From Alphaproteobacteria bacterium SS10 (GTDB lineage Bacteria > Pseudomonadota > Alphaproteobacteria > TMED2), in contig JAHCML010000006.1 of NCBI GenBank assembly GCA_019192455.1, forward strand, positions 25 to 64,024: a DNA stretch of 64,000 nucleotides, in the 5' to 3' direction. This document shows positions 45,379-55,774 of this stretch, piece after piece (position 1 is the stretch's first letter; the number at the start of each line of letters is the position of its first letter). The notes under the pieces were generated by a model. That model was not told where the DNA came from. It saw only the letters and a list, made by a program, of their open reading frames with translations, and did no database searches. The translations under genes were made by a program, and so were the position numbers.

Positions 45379-46494
45379 ATGGCGATCCTAGGCCGCACAC
45401 AGCTTATCCCAATTTCGACCGGCAATCCCGGCGCGCACCAGCCGCTTGCGAGCGATTTTCCTGAGATGGTGGTGCTCTGCAAAAAGGATGAGGATGGGCA
45501 GTCCGTCTTTCCCAACCGGAAAGAGTTCTATGATGCCGGTAAAGAGGGGCGGATGGAGATGGCGACCGAGCCTGCCATGACCCTCGATGATCACCTAACC
45601 GCCTTCCTCGCCGATCAAACCCATGCGGATCAGAAGCTTAAACTGATGGCCGCAACGGTTATCTCACGGCTGACCGACCGTGGGGCCTTCGATGTCCCTG
45701 GCAAACCGGCGGTTGAGATTGTGGTGCCGCGTAAGGCCGCCACCGATGGCAATATCGCGGCCGTTGTTCTGGGTGAGCATGTCGCCGACCGCCTAACCAG
45801 GCTGGCCCCTCAGATTGAGTGGAGCGTGGCCTATGATGTGGTCCATCAGGCACCAGAGAACGTCACCAAACGCGAAGGCGCGCGGCGCGATCCAAGCTAC
45901 CGTAAGGGCAAGCTGTACATGGCGCCGGACAGCTTCTTTGCCGATGACCGGGCGAAGTATGTAGTCGCGGTTGATGATGCGACCCGGTATGGCGGGTCAT
46001 TCCGCGATCTAGACCTATTCGCCAAGCAAGGCGGTAAAGAGCTGTTGGCGGCCGCCGTCTTTGAGGCTTATGAGACCACCGATCTGCGCCCAACCGCGCA
46101 AAACATTGCAAAGCTGCGCAAAGCTTTTGGTCCGGAAGGTCTTGCCCAGCTAGACCAGAGCCTGCATGCGGTGAACCTAAATGTCAGCGTGCTGACCAAC
46201 GCAGAGGTTGAATTCTTTGCCGAGGGCCCAATCCCAGGGCTCGAGCAGGCCGGATCACGGGCAGAGGCGGCTATCACCTATCTTGCAGAGGAAGCGGCCA
46301 ACCGGCAGGAGCCCATGGTTCTCCGCACCTCCGACCCATTTGTGCAGTCTGTCGCGAATGGTGAAACCGCGCGCGTCTCGCGGCGCCCCGCGCTGGCTGG
46401 TGCCAAACCAGAAATCGCTGACAAATCAGCGCCTAAGGCAAGCCAAAGAGCTGAGGGCGGCCCTGCCTTCGGTGGCGGCCCGGTCCCCGCCTAA
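45379..46494 (+). CDS. Hypothetical protein
   Basis: 371-aa ORF with ATG at 45379. No recognisable motif. The C-terminus is Ala/Gly/Pro-rich. Confidence 0.5.
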   Translation: MAILGRTQLIPISTGNPGAHQPLASDFPEMVVLCKKDEDGQSVFPNRKEFYDAGKEGRMEMATEPAMTLDDHLTAFLADQTHADQKLKLMAATVISRLTDRGAFDVPGKPAVEIVVPRKAATDGNIAAVVLGEHVADRLTRLAPQIEWSVAYDVVHQAPENVTKREGARRDPSYRKGKLYMAPDSFFADDRAKYVVAVDDATRYGGSFRDLDLFAKQGGKELLAAAVFEAYETTDLRPTAQNIAKLRKAFGPEGLAQLDQSLHAVNLNVSVLTNAEVEFFAEGPIPGLEQAGSRAEAAITYLAEEAANRQEPMVLRTSDPFVQSVANGETARVSRRPALAGAKPEIADKSAPKASQRAEGGPAFGGGPVPA

Positions 46495-46497
46495 CCC

Positions 46498-46842
46498 TTA
46501 TTCAGCAGCGCCGATACGCAGGGTTTCTTGGCGGTCGTCCAGATCGATGACCAGGATTTCATCGCGCCCATCAGCACCGGTAAACCAAACAGCCAGATTA
46601 TCGCCGTCGAGTTCAATCTGACGGATGTCTGCGCCCGCTGGTAGTGCCACCTGACTCTTAGATTCGGACAGGTCAGAAGTTTCACCGGTCGGTTTTGCGG
46701 TTGCACCGATGGCATCGGCCGTCACATCGGCGGCGAAGTTTCCGGCCCGTTTGGCAACCTCAACGCCCAAGATGATCAAGCAAACCACGATGGCGATCCC
46801 CATCCCGACGATGGAACCAATGAGCAAACGTTGTTGGGCCAT
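46498..46842 (-). CDS. Small hypothetical membrane-anchored protein
   Basis: Start moved to ATG 46840-46842 (MAQQRLLIGSIVGMGIAIVVCLIILGV…). The longer track ORF begins with a non-ATG codon. Confidence 0.45.
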   Translation of the reverse strand: MAQQRLLIGSIVGMGIAIVVCLIILGVEVAKRAGNFAADVTADAIGATAKPTGETSDLSESKSQVALPAGADIRQIELDGDNLAVWFTGADGRDEILVIDLDDRQETLRIGAAE

Positions 46843-46983
46843 GTTGGACCTGTAATGAATGGGTGGCGGGCGTTCAAATCTGGCGGTGATCCATAACCAC
46901 AGTTTGGGTTGAGGCCAAGCCTCTAGCATCAGAAACCCAGTTCGACATTGACGTAGGCCAGCGGATTGGCCACCAAGCCAGGC

Positions 46984-48012
46984 ATGACTGACGAGCACCA
47001 AACAGATGAAGCGCTTACCGATGACCTCGCCGATGAGGATGCGTCAGCCATTTCGGTTGAAATCGGCGAGGATCAGATTGGCAATCGCCTCGATAAGGCG
47101 CTGGCCGGGACACTTGCAGATATCTCCAGGTCCCGCCTTCAGGCCATCATCAATGATGGCGGATTGGTGGATACCGATAGCGGCACAACAATCACCAACC
47201 CGGCGCAGAAGCTTACCCGGGCTCTTAAACTGCGTTTAACCCTACCTGAGGCCGTAGAGGCAACGCCTGAGCCCGAGGATATCCCCCTCAACATCGTCTT
47301 TGAGGATGAGCATCTTTTGGTGCTGGATAAGCCAGCCGGCATGGTAGTTCACCCAGCGGCGGGCCATGGCCGCGGGACCCTGGTGAATGCCCTTCTCCAC
47401 CATTGCGGCGATAGTCTTTCCGGCATTGGTGGGGTTCGTCGCCCCGGCATCGTGCATCGCCTCGATAAGGATACGAGCGGCCTGATGGTGGTCGCCAAGA
47501 GCGATCAAGCCCATCAAGGCCTGGCGGCCCAGTTTGCTGACCGATCCCTCTCCCGCCGTTATACCGCGCTGGCCTGGGGCACACCATCGCCGCGTGAGGG
47601 GCAGATTGACGCCGCAATTGGTCGTCATAACCAAGACCGCAAACGCATGACGGTGCTTGAGCATGGCGGCAAACCAGCCATTACCCATTACAAGGTGACG
47701 AAGGTTTTTGGCCTGCTTGCCGCCGCCGTGGAATGCCAATTAGAGACCGGTCGAACGCACCAGATCAGGGTGCATATGACATCAATCGGTCACCCAATTT
47801 TAGGAGACCCGCTTTACGGTGAAACAAGAGCCGCCCGAAAAGCCCTGAAACGGGCACCAGAAGCGGTTCGCAAGGCCATTCCAGAGGGGCGCCAAGCCCT
47901 TCACGCCCACGCGATTACTTTTCACCATCCGATCACGCAAACCCGCCATGATTACACATCGCCGTTACCCGACGATTTGCTCTTGCTAATGGACCAGCTG
48001 CTCACCATGTAG
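46984..48012 (+). CDS. rluD: RluA-family 23S rRNA pseudouridine synthase (RluD-like)
   Basis: S4-like N-domain is followed by the catalytic 'HRLDKDTSGLMVVAK' motif. The track start 46966 is TTG. The ATG is at 46984. Confidence 0.85.
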   Translation: MTDEHQTDEALTDDLADEDASAISVEIGEDQIGNRLDKALAGTLADISRSRLQAIINDGGLVDTDSGTTITNPAQKLTRALKLRLTLPEAVEATPEPEDIPLNIVFEDEHLLVLDKPAGMVVHPAAGHGRGTLVNALLHHCGDSLSGIGGVRRPGIVHRLDKDTSGLMVVAKSDQAHQGLAAQFADRSLSRRYTALAWGTPSPREGQIDAAIGRHNQDRKRMTVLEHGGKPAITHYKVTKVFGLLAAAVECQLETGRTHQIRVHMTSIGHPILGDPLYGETRAARKALKRAPEAVRKAIPEGRQALHAHAITFHHPITQTRHDYTSPLPDDLLLLMDQLLTM

Positions 48013-48113
48013 GAGGTAAGCGTTTGCCGAGGTGAGCCGCACGTTGTTGCGTCAGAGCGTCAGCGGTGATGATCCCGGCTAAACTGAACTGACCATTTGG
48101 GGGCACACCTGCC

Positions 48114-48998
48114 ATGAGCAATATCTCGGTTCCTGTTCTTACCGCTGAGAGCAATCTCTCTCGCTACCTCGCCGATATCCGTAAGTTTCCAATGCTCACT
48201 CCTGATGAGGAGTTCATGCTCGCTAAGCGCTGGCAGGAGCATGAGGATGTCAACGCAGCCCACAAGCTCGTCACCAGCCATTTGCGCCTCGTCGCCAAGA
48301 TCGCCATGGGCTATCGCGGCTATGGCCTACCGGTCGCTGAGCTGATCTCTGAGGGCAATGTCGGCATGATGCAGGCGGTTAAGCGGTTTGACCCGGATCG
48401 TGGCTTCCGCCTCGCCACCTATGCGATGTGGTGGATCCGCGCCTCTATTCAGGAATATATCCTGCACTCTTGGTCGCTCGTGAAGATGGGCACCACCGCT
48501 GCACAGAAGAAGCTGTTCTTCAATCTGCGTCGGCTTAAGGGACAGATGAAAGCCATTGAAGATGGCGACATGACGCCTGAGCAGGTCGAGGAAATCGCCA
48601 CCAAGCTCAACGTCTCAGAAGATGATGTGATCATGATGAACCGGCGCCTGTCTGGCCCGGACAACTCACTGAACGCACCGCTTCGCGCGGATAGCGAGGG
48701 TGAATGGCAGGATTGGCTGGTCGATGACCGCCAGGTTAGCCAAGAGACCGCCGTGGCTGAGGAGCAAGAGCTGACCCAGCGTCGGCAGATGCTGCAGCTG
48801 GCGATGCAGACACTCAACGACCGTGAGCGGCACATTCTCACCGAGCGTCGCCTGCGTGATGATCCGCTGACCTTGGAAGAGCTGAGCCAGCAGTACGACA
48901 TCAGCCGTGAGCGGGTTCGTCAGATCGAAGTGCGCGCGTTTGAGAAGCTGCAGAAATCCATGCGGAATGCCGCGGTTGATCAACGGATCAGCGCGTAA
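48114..48998 (+). CDS. rpoH: RNA polymerase sigma-32 factor
   Basis: 294 aa. The RpoH box 'QKKLFFNLRRLKG' and sigma-70 regions 2-4 are present. Confidence 0.9.
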   Translation: MSNISVPVLTAESNLSRYLADIRKFPMLTPDEEFMLAKRWQEHEDVNAAHKLVTSHLRLVAKIAMGYRGYGLPVAELISEGNVGMMQAVKRFDPDRGFRLATYAMWWIRASIQEYILHSWSLVKMGTTAAQKKLFFNLRRLKGQMKAIEDGDMTPEQVEEIATKLNVSEDDVIMMNRRLSGPDNSLNAPLRADSEGEWQDWLVDDRQVSQETAVAEEQELTQRRQMLQLAMQTLNDRERHILTERRLRDDPLTLEELSQQYDISRERVRQIEVRAFEKLQKSMRNAAVDQRISA

Positions 48999-49021
48999 GC
49001 AGCGAACATAATATTAAAAAA

Positions 49022-49052
49022 CAAAAGCCCCGGTCATCGCCGGGGCTTTTTG
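49022..49052. terminator. Bidirectional rho-independent terminator after rpoH
   Basis: agccccgg-tcatcg-ccggggct stem-loop (49026-49047). Flanked by an A-run upstream and TTTTT downstream. Confidence 0.7.
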
Positions 49053-49073
49053 CTTTGCGTTCCGTGGTTGGCT

Positions 49074-49655
49074 CTAAGCTGCCGCTGCCTCATTGGCCTG
49101 CTCACGGACCCGTTGCGCTTCTTTCAACGCCTCTCGAGTTTCTCGCCGCTCAACCTCAATACGGTTAAGGTCGGCCCCCCATTCTTTGAGAAGGTCAGCC
49201 CGATTACGGCGCAGCTGCTCTAGGCGCCGCTGAGCGGATGACACCGAGAGATACGAGTAAAGCGCAGGAATGCCATAGAAGATCAACCAGCCAACAGCTG
49301 CGGTTGAGTACATGATCAGCCAGTTAACTGGGTCGGTGATCAGGAATAGGGCCAAATCATAGCCATGGCCACGGATCCACAGATCCATAAGTACCGCAGA
49401 CACGCCGACCATGTTCATGCAGCCAACCGTGACGGCACCCAGTTTTTTGGATTCCGTATCACTGTAGAAGGCAACGATGGTTGGCAACATACCGGGGACC
49501 AGGATCATGGTGGTCGGGTAGAACGCCATGGCAGCGGCTATCGTGCTCAAGCCCAACATGATTTGGGTCGGCGTAAGTTTACGCTTCTTCCGGCCCTTCT
49601 TCTTGGGCTTCATGGCACCCATCTTGCCCTGATCGTTGGCGGCTAGATTGGTCAT
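49074..49655 (-). CDS. Hypothetical membrane protein, translationally coupled to the upstream kinase-like gene
   Basis: 193 aa. A basic N-terminus (KPKKKGRKKRK) is followed by ~4 TM segments and a charged coiled-coil-like tail. ATG at 49653-49655 overlaps the upstream stop (ATGA). Confidence 0.6.
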   Translation of the reverse strand: MTNLAANDQGKMGAMKPKKKGRKKRKLTPTQIMLGLSTIAAAMAFYPTTMILVPGMLPTIVAFYSDTESKKLGAVTVGCMNMVGVSAVLMDLWIRGHGYDLALFLITDPVNWLIMYSTAAVGWLIFYGIPALYSYLSVSSAQRRLEQLRRNRADLLKEWGADLNRIEVERRETREALKEAQRVREQANEAAAA

Positions 49656-51733
49656 CAGATGCCCCCAAACATATAGTAACCAATGACACCAAAGGTGCCG
49701 AGTGCGCCGAGCATGCCTGAAACAACCGCCGCTAGCTCACGTCCAAAGCCACGGGCCAGAAGGTCAGGATCGCTGATCTCTTCCTCAAGCTTGGCAATCT
49801 CATCAACGATTTTGGCGAACTTTGCCTGGGCCTTACCGTATTGAACCGCATCCTGGTTCATGGTCGTCGGGTCATCCAAGGCCTGGGCGATCGGCGTGAT
49901 CATCCCTTCCTCGGCAAGCTCTTCGACCTTTGCCTTAAGCTTCTTGCGAGCATCGTGGTTGTGGAGGCGGTCAATCGCCGGATCAGCCAAACCGACAATC
50001 CATTTCGACAGGCCAGGCAGCTTCTTATTGCCCAAACGCTCTTGCATCGAGCCTAGGATCTGGGCCATCGCAACGACCGAACGCCCGGGATCCAGCTGAT
50101 CATTCAGCGACTTAAGCAGCCAATCTTCCAGCTTTCGGAAGCGAACCATCAAGAAGGCCGCGATATGGGCATCGATCGGCATGCCATGGCGGCTTTTGAC
50201 CGGCGCCAGGCGCTCAAGCGCCCGTAAAAGATCATTAGGCGTCAGCACATAATGCTTATCCAGCATCGGGCTTTGGCATGGGATGCTGTCATCAAGCTCA
50301 TATAGCGCCCGCTCCAGCCCAAACCCGAACCCAGACCGCTCAAGCAAGTTACGCAGCTGCTCCAAATCCATCGGCTTGGAGGATGGCTCAATCTTGTGCT
50401 TCTTCTGAAGCATGCCCCAGTGGCCAGACATGCCAGCCAGGATCATCTGCACCGGCGCTGAGGGATCGCGCTTATTCACCACGGCCTCGGTTAGCAAGCC
50501 ACCAATGCCACTTGGGAAAGCAGCGCGGCCTCGCAGCCGGATTGGTCCATCCGGCGCCATCGCAATACCGCAACGGGAAACAACAACCTCAGGCTCACGC
50601 TGGTTGCGCGGCGCGTTGCCAGCGGCCTCTAACTCGGCCACAACAATCTCGGTGATATTCTTCTCACCCAGCGCCCGGCGCATCCAGGCCTCAACCTCGC
50701 CCTGCTCATAAAGCCGGTGGGCGGTCGCCGGATCGCGGCTCAGCACACGGGCTAAGCCACGGGCTTCCCAAGCCACATGGGCGCCAAACTCAAACGGGCG
50801 AACAGCCTTACGCGGCGGCTCAGGTGGGCGTGGACTGAGGCGTCGTCCACCTAGCCAACTCTCGATATCCTCAAGCGTCCAACGCTCAAATGGATCATCG
50901 TTCAGCAAACCACGCAGTGGCTCCAACATATTGGTTGGTACCCGGCTCTTCTGAACCAGCGCGTAGAAGCTGCCATAGACTAGCTTACGGTCGAGGATGT
51001 CTTCATCACTCATACCCGCCAGCGGCGGCTCACCCTGCAGCAGGGTGAGAATGGTCATACCGAGCGCATAGAGATCATCACTGGTTGCCCCAACGCCGCG
51101 ACCGGCAGGATCTGCCATGCCGCGCTGCAGGGTTTCATAGAGAACAGGTTGGTGATAACCGACCGGTTGGGTCACGCATTCGCCGAGTACGACGCCTTCC
51201 GCTAACCCCTTGGGCGCAAACATGTTCGATGGTCGAATGGCACCGTGGCAAATCTTCCGGGACTCAAGGTCACGCAGAACGGACACCATCGGGGCAATAA
51301 GCTTTTGGGTGACCTGATCGTGGGTCCAAATCTCCCCACGGCCATCCTCACCGGTCAGGCGGCTGCCAACCGGGCGTTGGAACAGCATCACGACCCGCTG
51401 CACCTGATCCGGTGGCCAAACCACGATGCCAGAATGGGCAAGCTTGATCAGATGGGCGTTGTCCAGGCCCACCATCGACTGCAGGATTGGTAGCCGAACC
51501 GGCATTGGCCCCTGACAAACCAGCGCGAAAAGCTGCTTCTTAGGGTCGGTTTTACTACGTGCCTCAAAGGCCTTTGTGCCCGGGCTTGAAAGTGCTGGAA
51601 GCGGCTTTTTCGGATCGACCTCGTAAGCGCCGCCGATGGCGACCACAGCGTTTGAGCCAGGCGCAGAGCCGCCCGGCGCCTTACCGGCACCGGCATTCTG
51701 ATCTGGCTTGGTTTCCGCCTTTGCCTCGCTCAT
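49655..51733 (-). CDS. Protein kinase-like domain protein (probable pseudokinase) with long C-terminal region
   Basis: 692 aa. The kinase-like core has 'ICHGAIRPSNMF' where HRDLKPxN is expected (catalytic Asp replaced by Ala) and 'VVLGECV' where DFG is expected. The APE-like 'SDDLYALGMTILTLL' is retained. Confidence 0.65.
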   Translation of the reverse strand: MSEAKAETKPDQNAGAGKAPGGSAPGSNAVVAIGGAYEVDPKKPLPALSSPGTKAFEARSKTDPKKQLFALVCQGPMPVRLPILQSMVGLDNAHLIKLAHSGIVVWPPDQVQRVVMLFQRPVGSRLTGEDGRGEIWTHDQVTQKLIAPMVSVLRDLESRKICHGAIRPSNMFAPKGLAEGVVLGECVTQPVGYHQPVLYETLQRGMADPAGRGVGATSDDLYALGMTILTLLQGEPPLAGMSDEDILDRKLVYGSFYALVQKSRVPTNMLEPLRGLLNDDPFERWTLEDIESWLGGRRLSPRPPEPPRKAVRPFEFGAHVAWEARGLARVLSRDPATAHRLYEQGEVEAWMRRALGEKNITEIVVAELEAAGNAPRNQREPEVVVSRCGIAMAPDGPIRLRGRAAFPSGIGGLLTEAVVNKRDPSAPVQMILAGMSGHWGMLQKKHKIEPSSKPMDLEQLRNLLERSGFGFGLERALYELDDSIPCQSPMLDKHYVLTPNDLLRALERLAPVKSRHGMPIDAHIAAFLMVRFRKLEDWLLKSLNDQLDPGRSVVAMAQILGSMQERLGNKKLPGLSKWIVGLADPAIDRLHNHDARKKLKAKVEELAEEGMITPIAQALDDPTTMNQDAVQYGKAQAKFAKIVDEIAKLEEEISDPDLLARGFGRELAAVVSGMLGALGTFGVIGYYMFGGI

Positions 51734-51941
51734 ACGCGCAGCTTGGTCCCGCTATGCGGCGCCCAGGAAAACAGGCCGCAAACAAGCGGCATAATTCACC
51801 GGCTCCGCGAATTACTTAAAATTCGATCCTTTAATCTAGCAAAAACCCTGCCGTCCCGCAGCACCGCGCAACGCTTTCACGCAAAAAGCCAAAGCGGTGG
51901 CAGAACTCCCTCAGAATTGGGCAATTTAAGGCTGATGGCCG

Positions 51942-53234
51942 TCAGACCGCGAAAGGATCGGTCATCAGGATGGTGTCATCCCGCTCTGGGCTAGTGGACA
52001 GCAACGACACTGGCGCCTCGATCAACTCTTCGATTCGCCGGATATATTTGATTGCTGTCGCCGGCAATTCAGCCCAGCTTCGCGCACCTTGCGTACTCTC
52101 AGACCAGCCCTCAAACGTCTCATAAATCGGCTCAACCGCCATTTGGAGCTTATGGGCCGCGGGCAGGTAATCGATCACCTCACCATTCAGCTTATAGCCC
52201 GTACAGACTTTGATCTCGTCCATGCCATCGAGCACATCAAGCTTGGTAAGCGCGATCCCGGTGATGCCGTTAATCTTCACAGCCTGGCGAACCATGACCG
52301 CATCAAACCAACCGCAACGACGCTTACGCCCGGTGACCGTACCGAACTCATGCCCTCGCTCACCGAGCAGCTGACCAACGTCATTGTCTTGTTCAGTTGG
52401 GAATGGTCCGGCGCCAACACGGGTCGTGTAGGCCTTGGTGATACCCAGCATGTAGTTGAGTGAGTTCGGCCCCATGCTGCCACCCGTTGCCGCCTGGGCC
52501 GCAACGGTGTTGGAGGAGGTGACAAACGGATAGGTGCCGTGATCAACGTCAAGCATGGCGCCCTGGGCACCCTCGAACAAGATCCGTTTACCCTCAGCGC
52601 GCAGTTGATCCAGGCGACGCCAGACCACATCGGCATAAGGCAGGATTTGATCGGCCAGCTCTGTCAGCTCACTGACCACCTGATCAACTTCGAAGGTGTC
52701 GGCGTCATGGGCCGACAGCACGGCGTTGTGGTGGGCCAGCAGCAGCTTCACCTTCTCTTCTAAAACCTCTCGATCAGACAGGTCACAAACCCGGATCGCC
52801 CGGCGGGCAATCTTATCCTCATAGGCCGGACCAATACCGCGACCGGTGGTGCCCAGCTTGTGTTCGCCGCGCAGACGCTCTTTGAGCGCGTCAATTGCGC
52901 TGTGGATCGGCAGGATAAGGCAAGCATTCTCAGCCACCTTTAGGCTGGTGGCATCGATCTTCAGCCCCTGCTCACGCAGCCGGTCAATCTCAGCCAGTAG
53001 CGCCCAAGGGTCGACCACCACACCATTGCCGATGATGGAGAGCTTGCCTGGGCGTACAATGCCTGAGGGCAGGAGGCTCAGCTTATAGACGGTGCCGTCA
53101 ATGACCAGGGTATGGCCGGCATTGTGCCCCCCTTGGAAGCGCACCACCACATCGGCCCGGCTGGACAGCCAGTCAACGATCTTGCCTTTACCTTCGTCGC
53201 CCCATTGGGAGCCGACAACCACCACATTTGCCAT
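51942..53234 (-). CDS. purA: Adenylosuccinate synthase
   Basis: 430 aa. '[14 protein letters not shown]' P-loop is present, with PurA motifs throughout. Confidence 0.95.
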   Translation of the reverse strand: MANVVVVGSQWGDEGKGKIVDWLSSRADVVVRFQGGHNAGHTLVIDGTVYKLSLLPSGIVRPGKLSIIGNGVVVDPWALLAEIDRLREQGLKIDATSLKVAENACLILPIHSAIDALKERLRGEHKLGTTGRGIGPAYEDKIARRAIRVCDLSDREVLEEKVKLLLAHHNAVLSAHDADTFEVDQVVSELTELADQILPYADVVWRRLDQLRAEGKRILFEGAQGAMLDVDHGTYPFVTSSNTVAAQAATGGSMGPNSLNYMLGITKAYTTRVGAGPFPTEQDNDVGQLLGERGHEFGTVTGRKRRCGWFDAVMVRQAVKINGITGIALTKLDVLDGMDEIKVCTGYKLNGEVIDYLPAAHKLQMAVEPIYETFEGWSESTQGARSWAELPATAIKYIRRIEELIEAPVSLLSTSPERDDTILMTDPFAV

Positions 53235-53261
53235 CGCCGTATTCCTATCGCCTTGGCTTGA

Positions 53262-54476
53262 TTAATCTGTCTTCGTCACTGGCTTGGCCTCATTGCCTTG
53301 CCAAAAATGGGTGCAGCGTTGGGCCACTGCAAATGCCGCAAGTTCATCCGGTTGATCGCCCAGATCGCGGATCACAACCCAACCCTCAGCGGACAGCTTT
53401 TGCCGCTCTGCTAAGGTCAGGCTAGCCGGAACGGCAAGGCGCTTTTCTTGGTCAGCAGCAGGCAGCGCCCGCATAATTGAATCCATAAACAGGGTGAAGC
53501 CAACGGCAGGTTCACCGAGGGTTGCGAGACGATTGGCCGCCTCCCCCTCAACCCGTTTAACCGGTTCTGCCCCCATCACACCGGCGGAGCGGTAACGCCC
53601 GCCGCGCCCCAGCTCACCCCGGACATCGCGGGCAAACAGGGTGAAACTCAACCCCGTCTGATACTCAAAACCGCGCCGCTCCAGCGGGTCGACGGTAATG
53701 GTGAGATCGGGCAGATCGCGCTGAACCAACTCAACAACTGAGATCAGACGCTGTACATCGCCCTTAAGGCCCGATGGCATCTCAACGGCCTGCAGTGCCG
53801 GAAGAGCTGTTGATACGGGGCCTGACGCATTCAGCAAGTCGGCAAGCACTCGGCTAACTGGGCTCTCAACCGTCAAAACCGCCTCACGGTCACGGCGTCG
53901 GACGGCCTCTGCCAGATCCGCCAAATCGTCACCCGTCAGCCCGCTGCCACGTAGGAAATGTGGCTGCAGCGTGGGCAGGCATAGATCGATGGAGAGGCCC
54001 TCAATATCGAGCTGGCGGAGGGCGGCAACCGCCATGGTAATGATCTCAGCATCCGCACTGGCCTCAATGGCACCGATTAGCTCTGCGCCCACCTGACAAA
54101 ACTGCCGCTCTGGTCGCAAGTCAGTGCCATTGACCCGCACCACCTCACCGGCATAGGCGAGACGTAAGGGGCGGGCATGGGCCTGTAGGCGTGAGCCAGC
54201 GATGCGGGCAATCTGCGCGGTGATGTCAGCGCGCAGGCCCAGCATCTTGGACGACACCGGGTCCATCAATCGGAAGGTCTGGGGTGCTAAAGCGACACCG
54301 GGGCCAGACATAAGCCCGGCCTCAAACTCCATCAGAGGCGGCTTAACCAGCGCAAAGCCGAAGCCCATATAGGTGTCGATAAGCCGATTAACCGTTGACC
54401 ACTCAGCAGCGGCCATCGGCGGCACAAGATCGCTCAGCCCGTTGGGCAGCAGGGCGGGATGGGTGGTTGGTTCCAC
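53262..54476 (-). CDS. hisZ: ATP phosphoribosyltransferase regulatory subunit (HisRS-like)
   Basis: 404 aa. Class II aaRS-like core without an anticodon-binding domain. 'LPNGLSDLVPP' is the HisZ N-terminal motif. GTG start. Confidence 0.75.
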   Translation of the reverse strand: MEPTTHPALLPNGLSDLVPPMAAAEWSTVNRLIDTYMGFGFALVKPPLMEFEAGLMSGPGVALAPQTFRLMDPVSSKMLGLRADITAQIARIAGSRLQAHARPLRLAYAGEVVRVNGTDLRPERQFCQVGAELIGAIEASADAEIITMAVAALRQLDIEGLSIDLCLPTLQPHFLRGSGLTGDDLADLAEAVRRRDREAVLTVESPVSRVLADLLNASGPVSTALPALQAVEMPSGLKGDVQRLISVVELVQRDLPDLTITVDPLERRGFEYQTGLSFTLFARDVRGELGRGGRYRSAGVMGAEPVKRVEGEAANRLATLGEPAVGFTLFMDSIMRALPAADQEKRLAVPASLTLAERQKLSAEGWVVIRDLGDQPDELAAFAVAQRCTHFWQGNEAKPVTKTD

Positions 54477-54569
54477 GGGATTTGATGCAGGTAAGAGGTT
54501 GATCAGTAGGCCAGAACTATCGCAAGTCGGCGCACATCAGACGATGCAGTCCCCTCTTGCGGGAGTGTT

Positions 54570-55676
54570 CTACTGAATAAACACTGAAAGCGATAGTACC
54601 GAGTTGTCCTCGAGGCCCAAGGTCAACGCATCTTCAATCCACAGGATGTCAGTCTTGACCGGTGACGGTAGCTGTAACTGGCCGATTTCAACCAAATCCC
54701 GGCCATTCATGGTCATCACACGAAGGGCCCGGCGATCCAGGGCTGGAACGATCAAATCGGGTCGATTGTCACCGGTAATGTCGCGAATAATGTTCATCGC
54801 CGTTTGCGGTGAACCATGGGCGTGGTTTGAGAAGCCAGTCATCCGCGCCAACTCTTGAAACCGGCCATTGCGGAACTGGTGGACCGATAGGACCCCCTCA
54901 ATATGCGGCAGGTGAACGACCGCAATCTCGGGATACCCATCCTGGTTGAAGTCACCGACACCCACCGGGTTCAACCAACGGTTCTTGCGACCGGTACCCA
55001 GCCCCTCACCGATCATCTGGAGGCGGGTCACGCCATTACCAAGATCAACTGGCTTATAGATCTGCAGCACGCTGCCACGCTGGGCGTTTGAGTTGACCAC
55101 CAGCACCTCATCGGTGCCATCACCGTCAACATCACCGATTGTTGGCTGCAAACCTTCGAAGACGGATCCATCGCTCAACCGAAAGGCTGACACCGCACCA
55201 TTCTTCAAGATTACCCGCAGGGCGCCAGCTTCAATATTGTCGCCAAGGGCGCCATGGGGATAACGGCTAGTTGGCTGGATTAACCAAGCCTCCTCGATTG
55301 TGTTCTGCCCCTTACCGGCGCGGCCATCGGGGATCACATCACGGGCTGGCAGAATGATCTCAGACTGTTGGGTTAGTGGGCGGATCGCCATGCTGTTGAA
55401 CGTGCGCTCAAGCACGAACTCACGCCGGGTGTCAGCGACCACGCGCGGCTCACCGGCATCGGTGACATAGATTGACCGCAGGCCCGGGCGAATGATCACC
55501 GACCGACCGCGGGCGACCACCTTTGGCTCCATGTTCCGACCCGCGCGGTTTAATGGCTGCGGGTCGTTCATCTGTTCATTCTGGGTCGCCGGTATCTGCT
55601 CTGTTTGCGCCACGGCAGATGGGGCCAAGAACAGGGTGAAAGCGAACAGGCTGGGGATCAGAAGACGTGAGAGCAT
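54570..55676 (-). CDS. Secreted FG-GAP/VCBS repeat protein
   Basis: Start moved to ATG 55674-55676, giving signal peptide MLSRLLIPSLFAFTLFLAPSAVA|Q. Repeats of 'GD.DGDG..E' and 'GDFNQDGYPE' are present. Confidence 0.7.
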   Translation of the reverse strand: MLSRLLIPSLFAFTLFLAPSAVAQTEQIPATQNEQMNDPQPLNRAGRNMEPKVVARGRSVIIRPGLRSIYVTDAGEPRVVADTRREFVLERTFNSMAIRPLTQQSEIILPARDVIPDGRAGKGQNTIEEAWLIQPTSRYPHGALGDNIEAGALRVILKNGAVSAFRLSDGSVFEGLQPTIGDVDGDGTDEVLVVNSNAQRGSVLQIYKPVDLGNGVTRLQMIGEGLGTGRKNRWLNPVGVGDFNQDGYPEIAVVHLPHIEGVLSVHQFRNGRFQELARMTGFSNHAHGSPQTAMNIIRDITGDNRPDLIVPALDRRALRVMTMNGRDLVEIGQLQLPSPVKTDILWIEDALTLGLEDNSVLSLSVFIQ

Positions 55677-55774
55677 GATGGCAATCAGGCTTGAGAAATG
55701 GAAAACGGCCCAAGCGATACGCCCAGGCCGTTTCAAGTCTAGTGACGGTAGAAGGTGAGTCCAGATACCCCGGC

